A model generated the notes under the pieces. It was not told the origin of the DNA. It saw only the letters and a list, made by a program, of their open reading frames with translations, and searched no databases. From positions 1 through 27,826 of IMG/VR virus record IMGVR_UViG_3300010376_000695: 27,826 nucleotides of DNA. One strand, given 5' to 3'. Origin of the DNA: a virus. Its lineage: Duplodnaviria > Caudoviricetes. Shown piece after piece: positions 8,108-17,063 of the stretch; position 1 is the first letter of the stretch; every line of letters starts with the position of its first letter. Position numbers and translations under genes: made by a program.

Positions 8108-9473
8108 TGCTAGTACCTCCAGCAAATAAATCGGTCATGCCGCTGTAACTCTTATACCAGTCATTCTTATAAGTCTGAAAGTTGTTCATTTGTTGATTCA
8201 GAGAATTAAGCTGCTGCTGATAGCGCGTGATGTTATCTTGATTTGGTTTTGACATTGCATACTCAGATGCTAGAGTCCTATTCACAGCCTCAATAGCAGA
8301 GGCATATTTAGATTCAGAGTTCATAAAGAACTTTTCCTGATCGCTCTTGAGCTTGAACATCTCAGCAGGAGAGTATTTCTCAGCGTTGAAGAGATCAAGC
8401 ATTCTATTTCCTAAAGCTGCTTGCTCCCTGTCAATCTCATTGAGTTTGAAATTATGGCGCATGTTTGCTAGGTTGATGTTATTAGCATCTTGCTGTCCTA
8501 GCTTCCAAGACTCGAAGATATGATTCTGATTCTGAAGTTGCTGACGAGCTACTATCTGATTCTGCGCTCTTTCATCAGCTTTCTGAGCAGAATAGATTCG
8601 AGGAATCATACTCTGATAGAACTTGTTAAGTTGCTGTTGCTGCATCATTTTATAGTTCAACAGATTCTGAGCATATTGATTAGGACCAAGACCCATCGGC
8701 ATCTGCTGTTGAAAACGCTGGAGCATTGCACCGCTATCTGGACGCTGCTGCTGCGCTTGATTCCGTCTGAAGATATTCAAGCCCTGCATGAAGCTCTGAT
8801 GCTCAGGAGTTTTATTCTTCGAAGGATCTGTAAGAGAGATATTCATGCCTTTTTCTAGTACTTTAGCAAACTTTGGATCATCTTCAAACATCTTCTTCTG
8901 AAGAGCTGTATTGCTCTCAAAGGTAGATTTTGCCTGCTCGTAGCCTGGATTTCCCTCTCCAATCTGCTCCATCATACTCTTTGCTTGATCAGCATTGGAT
9001 TGTGCCATAAGAAAACGACTAACGCTCTGTGCATGTTGATCTTGAGTCTGTTGAGCACGAGCATTTACAAAGGAACCTACAACATTCATAGCACCTGTAA
9101 TAGCATTTCCAATACCTCGCGCTCTTGCATTTCCTGCTCCAATTACAGCCCTTTGATCCAAAGGAGCAGGTTGAAAAGGCTGTATAGGACGAGTTAGAGA
9201 GGGCGGAAGACCTATACCACCACGTTGCATTGTAGGAGTAAGAGCTGCTTTTACATCAGCGTCGGTTATACCTCCGCCTAGAAGAGCACCCATTGACTGA
9301 ATATCATCTTTCCCGAGATTAGCATTCTCCGCTGCTCTTGTGGGGAGAGTTCCAAAAGCAGGGACACCAGCAGGTCCAGCTTGCATTGGGATATTGGTAG
9401 AACCTTGGCGCAGAGGTATAAGATTCGTCGGTATTGTAGTTGGAAGCGCAGTTACATCAGCATTTTGAGCCAT
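7869..9473 (-). CDS. Putative DNA ejection protein (Gln-rich, coiled-coil)
   Basis: 534 aa, Q/N/A-rich helical, with a GIGNAITGAMNVVGSF glycine-zipper-like segment. AGGAG SD; follows the pilot-like gene. Confidence 0.55.
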   Translation of the reverse strand: MAQNADVTALPTTIPTNLIPLRQGSTNIPMQAGPAGVPAFGTLPTRAAENANLGKDDIQSMGALLGGGITDADVKAALTPTMQRGGIGLPPSLTRPIQPFQPAPLDQRAVIGAGNARARGIGNAITGAMNVVGSFVNARAQQTQDQHAQSVSRFLMAQSNADQAKSMMEQIGEGNPGYEQAKSTFESNTALQKKMFEDDPKFAKVLEKGMNISLTDPSKNKTPEHQSFMQGLNIFRRNQAQQQRPDSGAMLQRFQQQMPMGLGPNQYAQNLLNYKMMQQQQLNKFYQSMIPRIYSAQKADERAQNQIVARQQLQNQNHIFESWKLGQQDANNINLANMRHNFKLNEIDREQAALGNRMLDLFNAEKYSPAEMFKLKSDQEKFFMNSESKYASAIEAVNRTLASEYAMSKPNQDNITRYQQQLNSLNQQMNNFQTYKNDWYKSYSGMTDLFAGGTSNAGTANAAAPGQPPSFSTVPATGGTTSPETLLNNQPWQYGGGTPATGITPSITIPPAAAGTVANPTEDEDDEATAGGEP

Positions 9474-9481
9474 AACATCTC

Positions 9482-10249
9482 CTAGAATACTCCAGTAGGT
9501 AATGCTCCACCGAGATTAGTAGCAGTGGGATTACCTCCTCCACCCCCTCCGCCTCCGAATAAACCTTTCAACATGCTACCACCTATACTACTGCCAGGAA
9601 GTCCCATAACCTGTCCTGCTAGATTCCCTAGTCCACCCATGACTTGACCAAATACATCCCAGCCAGAGCTAGCCACTTCCTGCTCTGCTGCACTCTGCAT
9701 TCCCTGTAAGATTCCTGTCTGAGTTTGCTGGTTCTGTACCATCAATTGAGCATTTTCAGCAGCAGCTTGAGCATTAAATTGAGCTTCTAGATTACTCTGT
9801 GCTATAGCATTTACAGAACTATTTGCTCCAACACCAGCACCAGCAAGTTGCTGATTGAGCTGTACCTGCTCTCCAGCTTGAACAGGAAGCTGTCCAGCTT
9901 GCCATTGCTGGAAGATCTGACTGGCTGTTCCTCCTAATCCTGCTAACTCCGAGGACATTGCTCCTCCAACGCCCTTGCCAGCAATATCTATGAATTGCTT
10001 TTGAGTAAGTTGGTTCTGCGAACCTGGAGCAAACGTCTGAGCATTTACATTTGGATTATAGAGAGTGGAACCTGCTGATGTAGGGAGCGTTGCCATGTAG
10101 GGATTCGTAGCTCCTGTAGGACCAGCAGCAGGAGTAAACACCGGCTGTGTCTTTGGGAGCATACTTGCATTAGCACCTGAAGAGACTCCAGCAGAAGTCT
10201 GATTCGAGCCACCGGGATTCATAGGAAGCATTGTATTGGTAGCCATCAT
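9482..10249 (-). CDS. Putative DNA transfer/pilot protein (P22 gp7-like by position and composition)
   Basis: 255 aa, G/Q/A-rich, nearly uncharged, with a C-terminal Gly-rich amphipathic segment (WDVFGQVMGGLGNLAGQVMG). ATGA overlap with the adaptor gene. Confidence 0.55.
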   Translation of the reverse strand: MMATNTMLPMNPGGSNQTSAGVSSGANASMLPKTQPVFTPAAGPTGATNPYMATLPTSAGSTLYNPNVNAQTFAPGSQNQLTQKQFIDIAGKGVGGAMSSELAGLGGTASQIFQQWQAGQLPVQAGEQVQLNQQLAGAGVGANSSVNAIAQSNLEAQFNAQAAAENAQLMVQNQQTQTGILQGMQSAAEQEVASSGWDVFGQVMGGLGNLAGQVMGLPGSSIGGSMLKGLFGGGGGGGGNPTATNLGGALPTGVF

Positions 10250-10992
10250 CTACTCCTTGTCATCCTCAGTCGAAAACGCTTGACTGTGGTAGTCTGATCT
10301 CTCATCTCTTGTGATGTGCGTTGAAAAATAAGTCCGGGCTGTCCTTCGATGCCATTTGTCTCTTGGAACTTAGAGTCACCAAGGAGTCTCTGATTAAACT
10401 CACTAGCTTTCGTACTGAGATTATAAATCTGAGCCAGTCGTTGAGAAGCGGCATATTCTACAATCTCCTGCCAGTTATCAGGCATGTAGATAGTATCTGT
10501 GCCTGCGCTAGGTGTTCCAGCGTTAGGAAATGGATGCTCGTGCTGGTAGCGCATGTAGATGTTGTATGCCTTATCTGGCATTGCAGCTATCCAGACTTGA
10601 TTGTTATAGCGAGTCCAGTTTGTAGGCATACTGGAGATATTGAGCAGGACTTCTAGCCGGTCGATAGTCTTGAATCCCAGATTGTAGCCAGAATTTGAAC
10701 CTATAAATTGAGTCGTCTGTGGTACGATAAAGGGAGTAGAGAACATGAAGAAGCTATTTACCTTCTGAACATTTATAGCACCGTCAGAGGGATTAGTGAA
10801 ATATACAGTATCATAATTCGGTTGATTAGGAACTAGCTGTACAACAGGGCCACTCGTTTGAAGCTCTCCGAACTTATAGTTCTCTGTAAACTCTAATACA
10901 CTCTTTCTGATAGCAACTGCCATCCTTGGCTGATCAACAGCACGACCCATGAGATTATCGATGATAGCCGGATAAAGATCACTAACGACCAT
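10246..10992 (-). CDS. Head-tail adaptor (podovirus tail tubular A / P22 gp4-like)
   Basis: Pattern: N-terminal helix, then MPTNWTRYNNQVWIAAMPDKAYNIYMRY, then MPDNWQEIVEYAA. This is typical of adaptor proteins in this phage group. Confidence 0.6.
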   Translation of the reverse strand: MVVSDLYPAIIDNLMGRAVDQPRMAVAIRKSVLEFTENYKFGELQTSGPVVQLVPNQPNYDTVYFTNPSDGAINVQKVNSFFMFSTPFIVPQTTQFIGSNSGYNLGFKTIDRLEVLLNISSMPTNWTRYNNQVWIAAMPDKAYNIYMRYQHEHPFPNAGTPSAGTDTIYMPDNWQEIVEYAASQRLAQIYNLSTKASEFNQRLLGDSKFQETNGIEGQPGLIFQRTSQEMRDQTTTVKRFRLRMTRSR

Positions 10993-11003
10993 AGATTCGC
11001 TCC

Positions 11004-11432
11004 CTAGAAGACATAAACAGTTACAGAAGCAGAGATATCGGTAGCGGCGAGAGTTATAAAATCCTTGTCAGGAGGTGCAGTACGGTATACATCAACAGCT
11101 TTATCCTTGTCCACAATTTTAAATCCTATCGGTTGTCTCCCGAGGCCGTGTGAGATTTTAACTCCTCCCGATGACGGCCAGGTATATGTAACGCCAGGAT
11201 TGCTGCTACCATGAGCATCAATTCGTATAAGGACACCAGAAGAATTCCCTTTATCAAATCCAGTATAGACTCCCGCATTGACGCTCCCATCGTTTGGATG
11301 TGTAGATACGCCGGTAACTGTAGGTGTTCCCATATCTACACCGTTATTTAGCGCCTGATGCACACTCTGAACCCAGACTCGCATCTGATTCGTCAACGAG
11401 TTAGCAAAGACACTAGGGTTATAGGTTCTCAT
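11004..11432 (-). CDS. Small tail-associated virion protein
   Basis: 142 aa with an ISHGLGRQP motif seen in tail and fibre accessory domains; ATGA overlap with the nozzle gene. Confidence 0.5.
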   Translation of the reverse strand: MRTYNPSVFANSLTNQMRVWVQSVHQALNNGVDMGTPTVTGVSTHPNDGSVNAGVYTGFDKGNSSGVLIRIDAHGSSNPGVTYTWPSSGGVKISHGLGRQPIGFKIVDKDKAVDVYRTAPPDKDFITLAATDISASVTVYVF

Positions 11433-13567
11433 GTTGGCCTCTGATCAGGATCAAATGATCCGAACATTGCTATCTTGGCAATTCGAAGTTGGTTATAAGT
11501 TCCTGATGGATTAAGGTTAAGAGTGATGTTCAGATAAGGACTTTTCACAGTTGTTACTTGCTGAGTAAAGAAGATTTGATAATTGTAGAATGTGTTAGGA
11601 TCTGCTCCTGCTGGAATAGTCAACCATCCAGTTAGCACTGGACTTGAATTTATACTAGATCCGCTAAGTGATCCATAGACATTAAATCCTACGACTTGAC
11701 CAGGAGCACCTGCGACTGAGGTGTAAATAGAGTCAATTGTTATATCTCGACCAAACATTATTTCTTCTTGCTTAAAAGTAATATAAGGATCATTTGACTC
11801 TGGAAAGTCAAAGGTTTGAACAGTATCAGTTAGATAGTAGAATTGAGGAGGAGTATCTCCTGATACTGTTATAGGCAGAACATCGCAATTGAACTGGTAG
11901 TATTTGCCCGGATAGTTCTGAATAGGTGTAAAATAGCCCATGAATATTGGATCTAAGTATGGCTGACTAGAACTAGGAGCTAGTCTTATCTGACTCCATG
12001 TCTGATTATTATAGCAGAAGATATAGATCTTGTGATCGATAAGAAAGAATGCGAATGTGTTTATAGCGTTTATAAACATAGCAGTACAACTAACACTAGA
12101 ACGATGAATAGGAGTCTGTATAACATCGTAGATAATCGAATTCTTGATCTTGGTTCCAATGGCATTAAGCTGCCCAGTGTACTGAAAAACATCGGTGGTC
12201 CCAACAAAGCATCCGACTTGATCATACTGTGTAACAAGTCTGGAATCCTGACAACCTTCTCCGATAAGAGCATTGGAGATATGATTAACGTCGAAAGGAA
12301 TAACGGCATTTTGAAGAGCATTTGCATAGTCCACTCCAAATGCTTTGAGGATTACCAGAATATTATTGCCGATGAGAGTACCAGAGATATAATCAGAGAT
12401 ATCCGCTATCTGCTCAAATCCAGCACCAGTTACGAGATTAGAGCCATTCTGCGGATTCCATTGACTGAAGTTACCGGGCTGGCTCCATGCTATCATCATC
12501 TCAGGACTCTGTAGAACCTGACCAGGACCAGGAACAATACCTCCTGCTATGAGTTGATTGTTGAATTTATTAAGAGTAACTGCTCCAAGATACTTTGTTA
12601 GAATGTTAAATTGAGGAACTTCGTTGGGATAGGAAAAGGTTAGAATACAAGTACCCGGACCTCCGAAGTATAGGGACTCTCCTATAGTAGTCCATGATAG
12701 CGGATCAATAGGGATACCGAAGTTCTCAGATACAGGATCTGTACCACTATGAAAGTTACTGTTTATGCTAACTCCTTGAATTCCACTTCCGCTATAGTTA
12801 CCACCTCCTGTGCCATTTGGGTAGGTAACAGCAATACTTAGAGTAGTACTGTTTGCAGGAGTACCTGTGGCAATAGTTGTAAGGTCAATAGTAACGCCAT
12901 CTGCTTCTAAAGTAGCAGTGCAGGGAGCGCCCGGAGTTAGTCCGTTGATGTTATTTACAATCAAGGTAGCAAGTTGATTTGGAGTGCTAGGAGGACCACC
13001 AGTCCCGCCAAGAGATACTGTACTATGATAGACAAGAGTTATAGACCATGAGCCAATAGTAATTGTAACCCAGTCAAGTCCTCCGGGAGCATTCCATGTG
13101 TAAGTTGGAGATACTGCTATCTGAGCTACAGCAGAAGTAGCAGAAGAAGTTATCTGAGTCTGAGGAACATCTAGCGTTTTAACTGGACCTACAGATCCAG
13201 ATGGAGGGAATCCACCGAAGACGTAGAGAAGATAGGTAGTAGTTACTGAAGGTGGAGTTCCAGTAGGAGTGCCTTGAGTATAGCCTAAGACCCAGTTATA
13301 ATACTTCTGATTTGCAAAGAATTTACCGCAGCCAAGGAATTTACTTGATCCCCATCCTGTAAGACTAAGGCCAGTATTTCTCCAGCCGAGACATACTAAC
13401 TGGTTATTGATTACAACAAAGCCACTACAATCGGTAAAAGATAGCGGATCAACATAAGGCGGAGGCGCAGAGGTATCTAATCCCGAGAAAGGAGCCTCTT
13501 CGCCTCCATAGGTAATCTCTAGGTCGAGAGTATTATTATCATTCTTACGCGTGACTATCTTGCCCAT
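11429..13567 (-). CDS. Tail nozzle/packaged-DNA stabilisation protein (P22 gp10 / tubular B-like)
   Basis: 712 aa, beta-rich; N-terminal FSGLDT..P, IAWSQPGNFSQW, GEGCQD, IGTKIK and IYIFCYNNQTWS match beta-propeller nozzle patterns. Confidence 0.65.
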   Translation of the reverse strand: MGKIVTRKNDNNTLDLEITYGGEEAPFSGLDTSAPPPYVDPLSFTDCSGFVVINNQLVCLGWRNTGLSLTGWGSSKFLGCGKFFANQKYYNWVLGYTQGTPTGTPPSVTTTYLLYVFGGFPPSGSVGPVKTLDVPQTQITSSATSAVAQIAVSPTYTWNAPGGLDWVTITIGSWSITLVYHSTVSLGGTGGPPSTPNQLATLIVNNINGLTPGAPCTATLEADGVTIDLTTIATGTPANSTTLSIAVTYPNGTGGGNYSGSGIQGVSINSNFHSGTDPVSENFGIPIDPLSWTTIGESLYFGGPGTCILTFSYPNEVPQFNILTKYLGAVTLNKFNNQLIAGGIVPGPGQVLQSPEMMIAWSQPGNFSQWNPQNGSNLVTGAGFEQIADISDYISGTLIGNNILVILKAFGVDYANALQNAVIPFDVNHISNALIGEGCQDSRLVTQYDQVGCFVGTTDVFQYTGQLNAIGTKIKNSIIYDVIQTPIHRSSVSCTAMFINAINTFAFFLIDHKIYIFCYNNQTWSQIRLAPSSSQPYLDPIFMGYFTPIQNYPGKYYQFNCDVLPITVSGDTPPQFYYLTDTVQTFDFPESNDPYITFKQEEIMFGRDITIDSIYTSVAGAPGQVVGFNVYGSLSGSSINSSPVLTGWLTIPAGADPNTFYNYQIFFTQQVTTVKSPYLNITLNLNPSGTYNQLRIAKIAMFGSFDPDQRPT

Positions 13568-14078
13568 GTATTTTCCGCCCTAGAAATACAACCATCAACA
13601 TTCCAGTGCCGACAAGAAAGAGTGTGCCAATCTCAACTACAGGAGTGGGAGGTGCTGCTGTCATCGTGTAGCTACTTACACCATCAGGTCTAGTAGCTGC
13701 GATGGTATAGTCATACAAAGTTGTGTCAAAACCAGCTTCGGACATATTCGCAGTACCTGAGATATTGAGGAACATGTTGTCTTGACTTACAACTTGGAGA
13801 GTAAGAATGTTCATTGTGATTCCACCGATAGTAAAAACACCTACTCCGGTGGCACTACCAAAGTTGAGTTGATGACTCGGAGCTACAATAGGAAATGTCA
13901 TTCCTACTATAGAAGCAAAGTTCCCAGTTCCGATCAGCACAATGCCAGGACCGTTGAAGTGTATACCATTGGTTGTATAAGTATCTGCTCCTGCAACAGC
14001 AACAGTACCTATTATAGGCGTAGCTCCCGCTGCTCCGCAGCTAAGAGCCAAGGCAGCCAACGCTAAAAGTTTCCGCAC
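13545..14078 (-). CDS. PEP-CTERM-like exported surface protein (degenerate sorting motif)
   Basis: Probable GTG start at 14078 with an AGGAGG SD: MRKLLALAALALSCGAAGA-TPIIG... signal peptide. The body is Thr/Gly-rich and beta-type. The C-terminus PTPVVEIGTLFLVGTGMLMVVFLGRK is a PEP-CTERM-like motif, TM helix and basic residues. Confidence 0.75.
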   Translation of the reverse strand: MRKLLALAALALSCGAAGATPIIGTVAVAGADTYTTNGIHFNGPGIVLIGTGNFASIVGMTFPIVAPSHQLNFGSATGVGVFTIGGITMNILTLQVVSQDNMFLNISGTANMSEAGFDTTLYDYTIAATRPDGVSSYTMTAAPPTPVVEIGTLFLVGTGMLMVVFLGRKIHGQDSHA

Positions 14079-14086
14079 AAAACCTC

Positions 14087-14365
14087 CTATGGAGCTATCC
14101 ACCATTGTACCTCACCACTGGGGATAGCAGTAATAGCAGCAGGTCCAGAAATCCATCCTATTTCTCCAAAGTTCAGAGCATTTCCTGATGCAGGATAAGT
14201 GAAATCATATTCTCGACCTGCTACATCGACAAAAGACATGACCTGTCCGGCTGTCCCGCCAGTCCAGACCCCACCCTTGACTTTGAAATTCGCAAAGGGA
14301 ATATTGCCGGTAGTGACTATACGCCAGATGCGACCTGTGAAATCGTTTGTAGTAGGAATAGCCAT
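14087..14365 (-). CDS. Small beta-rich virion protein (92 aa)
   Basis: The likely start is ATG 14365 (MAIPTTNDF) with a GGAGG SD, just after the upstream stop. The track start at 14428 overlaps the previous gene. Confidence 0.6.
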   Translation of the reverse strand: MAIPTTNDFTGRIWRIVTTGNIPFANFKVKGGVWTGGTAGQVMSFVDVAGREYDFTYPASGNALNFGEIGWISGPAAITAIPSGEVQWWIAP

Positions 14366-14380
14366 AGGCACCTCCGGTGC
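14363..14380 (-). repeat. 18-nt repeat GCACCGGAGGTGCCTATG, copy 1 (hairpin over SD plus start codon)
   Basis: Identical to 15316-15333; folds as GCACC-GGA-GGTGC. Confidence 0.85.
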
Positions 14381-15045
14381 TAGTTCAAGTTGTAGGTGCA
14401 ATGTAGAACTGCTCCGTAGAATGTGCAAGCTCCTGTACCGGCAGTGATATTGACATTTAAGATCGTCTCTGTACCAGACGCTGTTGCAAAGACCTGCTGT
14501 GCTAAGGGGATAGGAACATTGAATTTATAAGGCTGTGCTTGAACAGCAGTTGGCATTCCATTAGCCCCTACAGCGAGTCGATTTACAACAGCAGGTGCTG
14601 TGTTATTTACAAAGGTAGTGTCAGTTAGACCTACAGATGCGAGTGCGAGAGCACTTCCAGCAACGGTATAGATCAGATCTATAGATGTGACATACATACC
14701 TTTAGATGGCGGTTTATTGGTCGGACTGATACTCGACACTCCTCCAGCTTCTGCAAGACTTCCAAACATAGTTGGCATTGCAGTTGCTGGAATTGGAGGA
14801 ACAGCAGATGACCCGAATCCGCGAGCATCCCGAGGCAAGCCAATACCTGTCTTCTTCATCAGATCTGATAGAGATACGAAGAATGTACTCGCATTGCTAG
14901 CAGGAACTGTCATAGCAAGTAATCCAGCTCCAGCACTTCCCATAGTAGCATGAGCCGATGTGTCGATGAAATCGCTAGCTCCGACAAAGATTTCCATATC
15001 AGAAGTCGGAGAGTCTTGTGTCCATGTCCCTTCAGTGTTACTCAT
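14380..15045 (-). CDS. Putative minor capsid/decoration virion protein
   Basis: 221 aa, A/T/G/S-rich beta protein, AAGGAG SD, downstream of the major capsid gene. Confidence 0.5.
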   Translation of the reverse strand: MSNTEGTWTQDSPTSDMEIFVGASDFIDTSAHATMGSAGAGLLAMTVPASNASTFFVSLSDLMKKTGIGLPRDARGFGSSAVPPIPATAMPTMFGSLAEAGGVSSISPTNKPPSKGMYVTSIDLIYTVAGSALALASVGLTDTTFVNNTAPAVVNRLAVGANGMPTAVQAQPYKFNVPIPLAQQVFATASGTETILNVNITAGTGACTFYGAVLHCTYNLN

Positions 15046-15054
15046 AGCATCTCC

Positions 15055-15318
15055 TTAGATAATGAAATCCTCAGCCGCTTCAAAAGCTGAAGGGTTACGG
15101 AGCTTCTCGACAGGAGCTAGCTCTTCCTTGCCATCAGATAGAACTTGCTCGATACCGACTTCGCGCTGTCCAAGCAGAGGCCATTCATCAAAGCAGATGG
15201 GACATTTTAGTAATCCACGCTGCCAGCGCATATCTGCGATTTTAGTCTTTCGATCACAGATAGCACACATCTTCCACGGACCAGCCCAGAAGGTTCTGCG
15301 AAGTCCTTGATCAAACAT
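15055..15318 (-). CDS. Zinc-finger protein (CxxC...CxxC), morphogenesis-associated
   Basis: CAICD...WQRGLLKCPICFD; the likely start is ATG 15318 with a GGAGG SD. Confidence 0.7.
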   Translation of the reverse strand: MFDQGLRRTFWAGPWKMCAICDRKTKIADMRWQRGLLKCPICFDEWPLLGQREVGIEQVLSDGKEELAPVEKLRNPSAFEAAEDFII

Positions 15319-15333
15319 AGGCACCTCCGGTGC
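15316..15333 (-). repeat. 18-nt repeat GCACCGGAGGTGCCTATG, copy 2
   Basis: Identical to 14363-14380. Confidence 0.85.
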
Positions 15334-15338
15334 CATCA

Positions 15339-15406
15339 GAGAAGAGGACGGGGAGCAGGGACCGCCCTCTCCTCATTCTCTGCCCCTCCGGTGGGAGAAG
15401 GGACAG
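15339..15406 (-). promoter_or_regulatory. Tandem RNA stem-loops 3' of the major capsid gene
   Basis: A 10-bp stem (15380-15406) and a 13-bp stem (15339-15374), each needing G-U pairs that form only on the minus (mRNA) strand. No long U tail. Confidence 0.6.
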
Positions 15407-15409
15407 ATG

Positions 15410-16366
15410 CTATGGACCCTGCGTTCCCCAGGCTCCCTGCCATCTGGCAGCTCCACTGGTCATACGGCAACGGGTCTTTTGCTTTATAGCGTCAGTATCG
15501 AAATCGTCATCGAAGTCTGTACTTGGGCGCTCGCGAGAGATAAACTTCAGAGAGTGATCCCGCTTTGCTGCTACGAGAAACCACGCGCTCGGACTGTTCA
15601 GCCACGGAACTTCGAGATTCTTGTAATCCTCAGGAATCAAAGAGTTGATCGTGTTATCTGCTGTGTATGGCTTACCAGTAGATCCGAGGATTTCTCTAAC
15701 TAAGAATCGAAGTTCGGGGGGAGTGACGAGGTTCTCCCATCGCAAGCGGATAGGGAATCCCATATTATCGACCATCCTAGCGGCATGATTCGTAGCGAGT
15801 TGCAATCCTGCAATGGAGAAATCAATGTCCTGAGCAGGTCGGTTCGGCCATGTTCCAGCGAGAGAGATAACTCCGGCTGCTCCGGGAGCAAGAGTTGTAG
15901 CTGCTGCGCCTCCGAGCAATGCGTGTTGGTTGTAGAAAAGGGGATTTCCATCAAACACGGTAACGGACGAGGTGAAACCCATATTGAAAACATTCCACGC
16001 TACCATTTCCTGCGTGAAAGCTGCGCTGCGAGATAGCAGCGTAGGACCACGCTTGACCAGACCGTATTGATCATCATCCCAGAGTTCCTTCGATGTTCGC
16101 AGACCGAGAGAGTAGGTGATCGGATAGAATCGCTTCGATCCGCCTTGTTTCATCTCAGTATAGGCAGTGGACGCGTTTTCTGGCTTCTCTTGCAGAGCAG
16201 AGATGCCAGCCATTTCAAGCTCCTGCTCATACTCCCGAGTACTAGTCTCCTCATTGAAGACAGCGGGATATGAGGAAGCTTTCAGCGCATCGTCAAGACT
16301 ATCGAAGTAAATCTTCCGTAGTCCCGGCTGCATGAGCTGAGGAAACTTGGCTCTAACTTGAGGCAT
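15410..16366 (-). CDS. Major capsid protein (HK97 fold, Mu gpT-like family)
   Basis: QLMQPGLRKIYF...EETSTREYEQE..MAG...EKPEN...YSLGLRTSKELWDDDQYG, DGNPLF...H, LVTPPEL and PWLNSPSAWFL; strong AAAGGAG SD. Confidence 0.9.
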   Translation of the reverse strand: MPQVRAKFPQLMQPGLRKIYFDSLDDALKASSYPAVFNEETSTREYEQELEMAGISALQEKPENASTAYTEMKQGGSKRFYPITYSLGLRTSKELWDDDQYGLVKRGPTLLSRSAAFTQEMVAWNVFNMGFTSSVTVFDGNPLFYNQHALLGGAAATTLAPGAAGVISLAGTWPNRPAQDIDFSIAGLQLATNHAARMVDNMGFPIRLRWENLVTPPELRFLVREILGSTGKPYTADNTINSLIPEDYKNLEVPWLNSPSAWFLVAAKRDHSLKFISRERPSTDFDDDFDTDAIKQKTRCRMTSGAARWQGAWGTQGP

Positions 16367-16416
16367 CGATAATCTCCTTTACGTGCGCTCGCTACTCTGC
16401 TCCAAGTGCGAAGCTA

Positions 16417-17049
16417 TTAGATCTGCATTGCTGCTGGTAGAAACTGAAAGAATACCCTAGCGTTCAGAGTAAATCCATCGACAGTATTGATGCCTACGAT
16501 TCTGACAACAGCAGCAGCACCCGTCTTACCTTTATCAACGTACCAGTAAGGATCAGGAACTGGACCTTTTGTCAGTCCGTAGGCTACACCAATATCTGCA
16601 ATTGTCGGAGTCCAGTCAGCAGCTACAGCTCCGGCGCTATTGTCAAACTGAGCCTCGAAGATATTATCTGTATTACCTTCGATATAGAGAGTGCGCCCGT
16701 CGCTAGTTGGAGTTCCCAGAGCAACGTTCACAGCTAGCGGCTGATTGGGAACGTTACCATAGGTCTGCATAGCGATAGGGCCAGTCACTTGACCAAAAGG
16801 ATAGACTGGCATACCGAAGCCAGATGTTGCCAGGTTGAGGCCAAAGCTCTCTGAGATGCCGAGAAGTCCAGCTGTGACAGTTGCTCCATCCCATGCTTGA
16901 CAGTATCCTGCTGCTGTCTTTTGCACAGGAGTTCCAAATGCGAAGGTCTGAGCACTTAGCTCAGGCATCGCTTTAGTAAATGGCGTGGTATCTGCTTTGT
17001 TCTGAACTTGCAGAATCGGAAGGTGCGATGTAAGATTCGGACCAGCCAT
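16417..17049 (-). CDS. Capsid decoration/cement protein
   Basis: 210 aa immediately upstream of the MCP; TFAFGTPV, GLLGIS, DNIFEAQ and VVRIVG patterns. Confidence 0.6.
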   Translation of the reverse strand: MAGPNLTSHLPILQVQNKADTTPFTKAMPELSAQTFAFGTPVQKTAAGYCQAWDGATVTAGLLGISESFGLNLATSGFGMPVYPFGQVTGPIAMQTYGNVPNQPLAVNVALGTPTSDGRTLYIEGNTDNIFEAQFDNSAGAVAADWTPTIADIGVAYGLTKGPVPDPYWYVDKGKTGAAAVVRIVGINTVDGFTLNARVFFQFLPAAMQI

Positions 17050-17063
17050 AGAAACCTCCGGTG

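Noticed and set aside
9520-9560. Poly-Gly tract as a hypervariable repeat
   Set aside because: It is encoded by mixed codons; ordinary low complexity in a pilot-like protein.
15334-15415. Frameshift or readthrough extension of the major capsid protein
   Set aside because: Checked by hand: all three frames after CCA-TAG reach a stop within about 35 codons and none joins the next gene.
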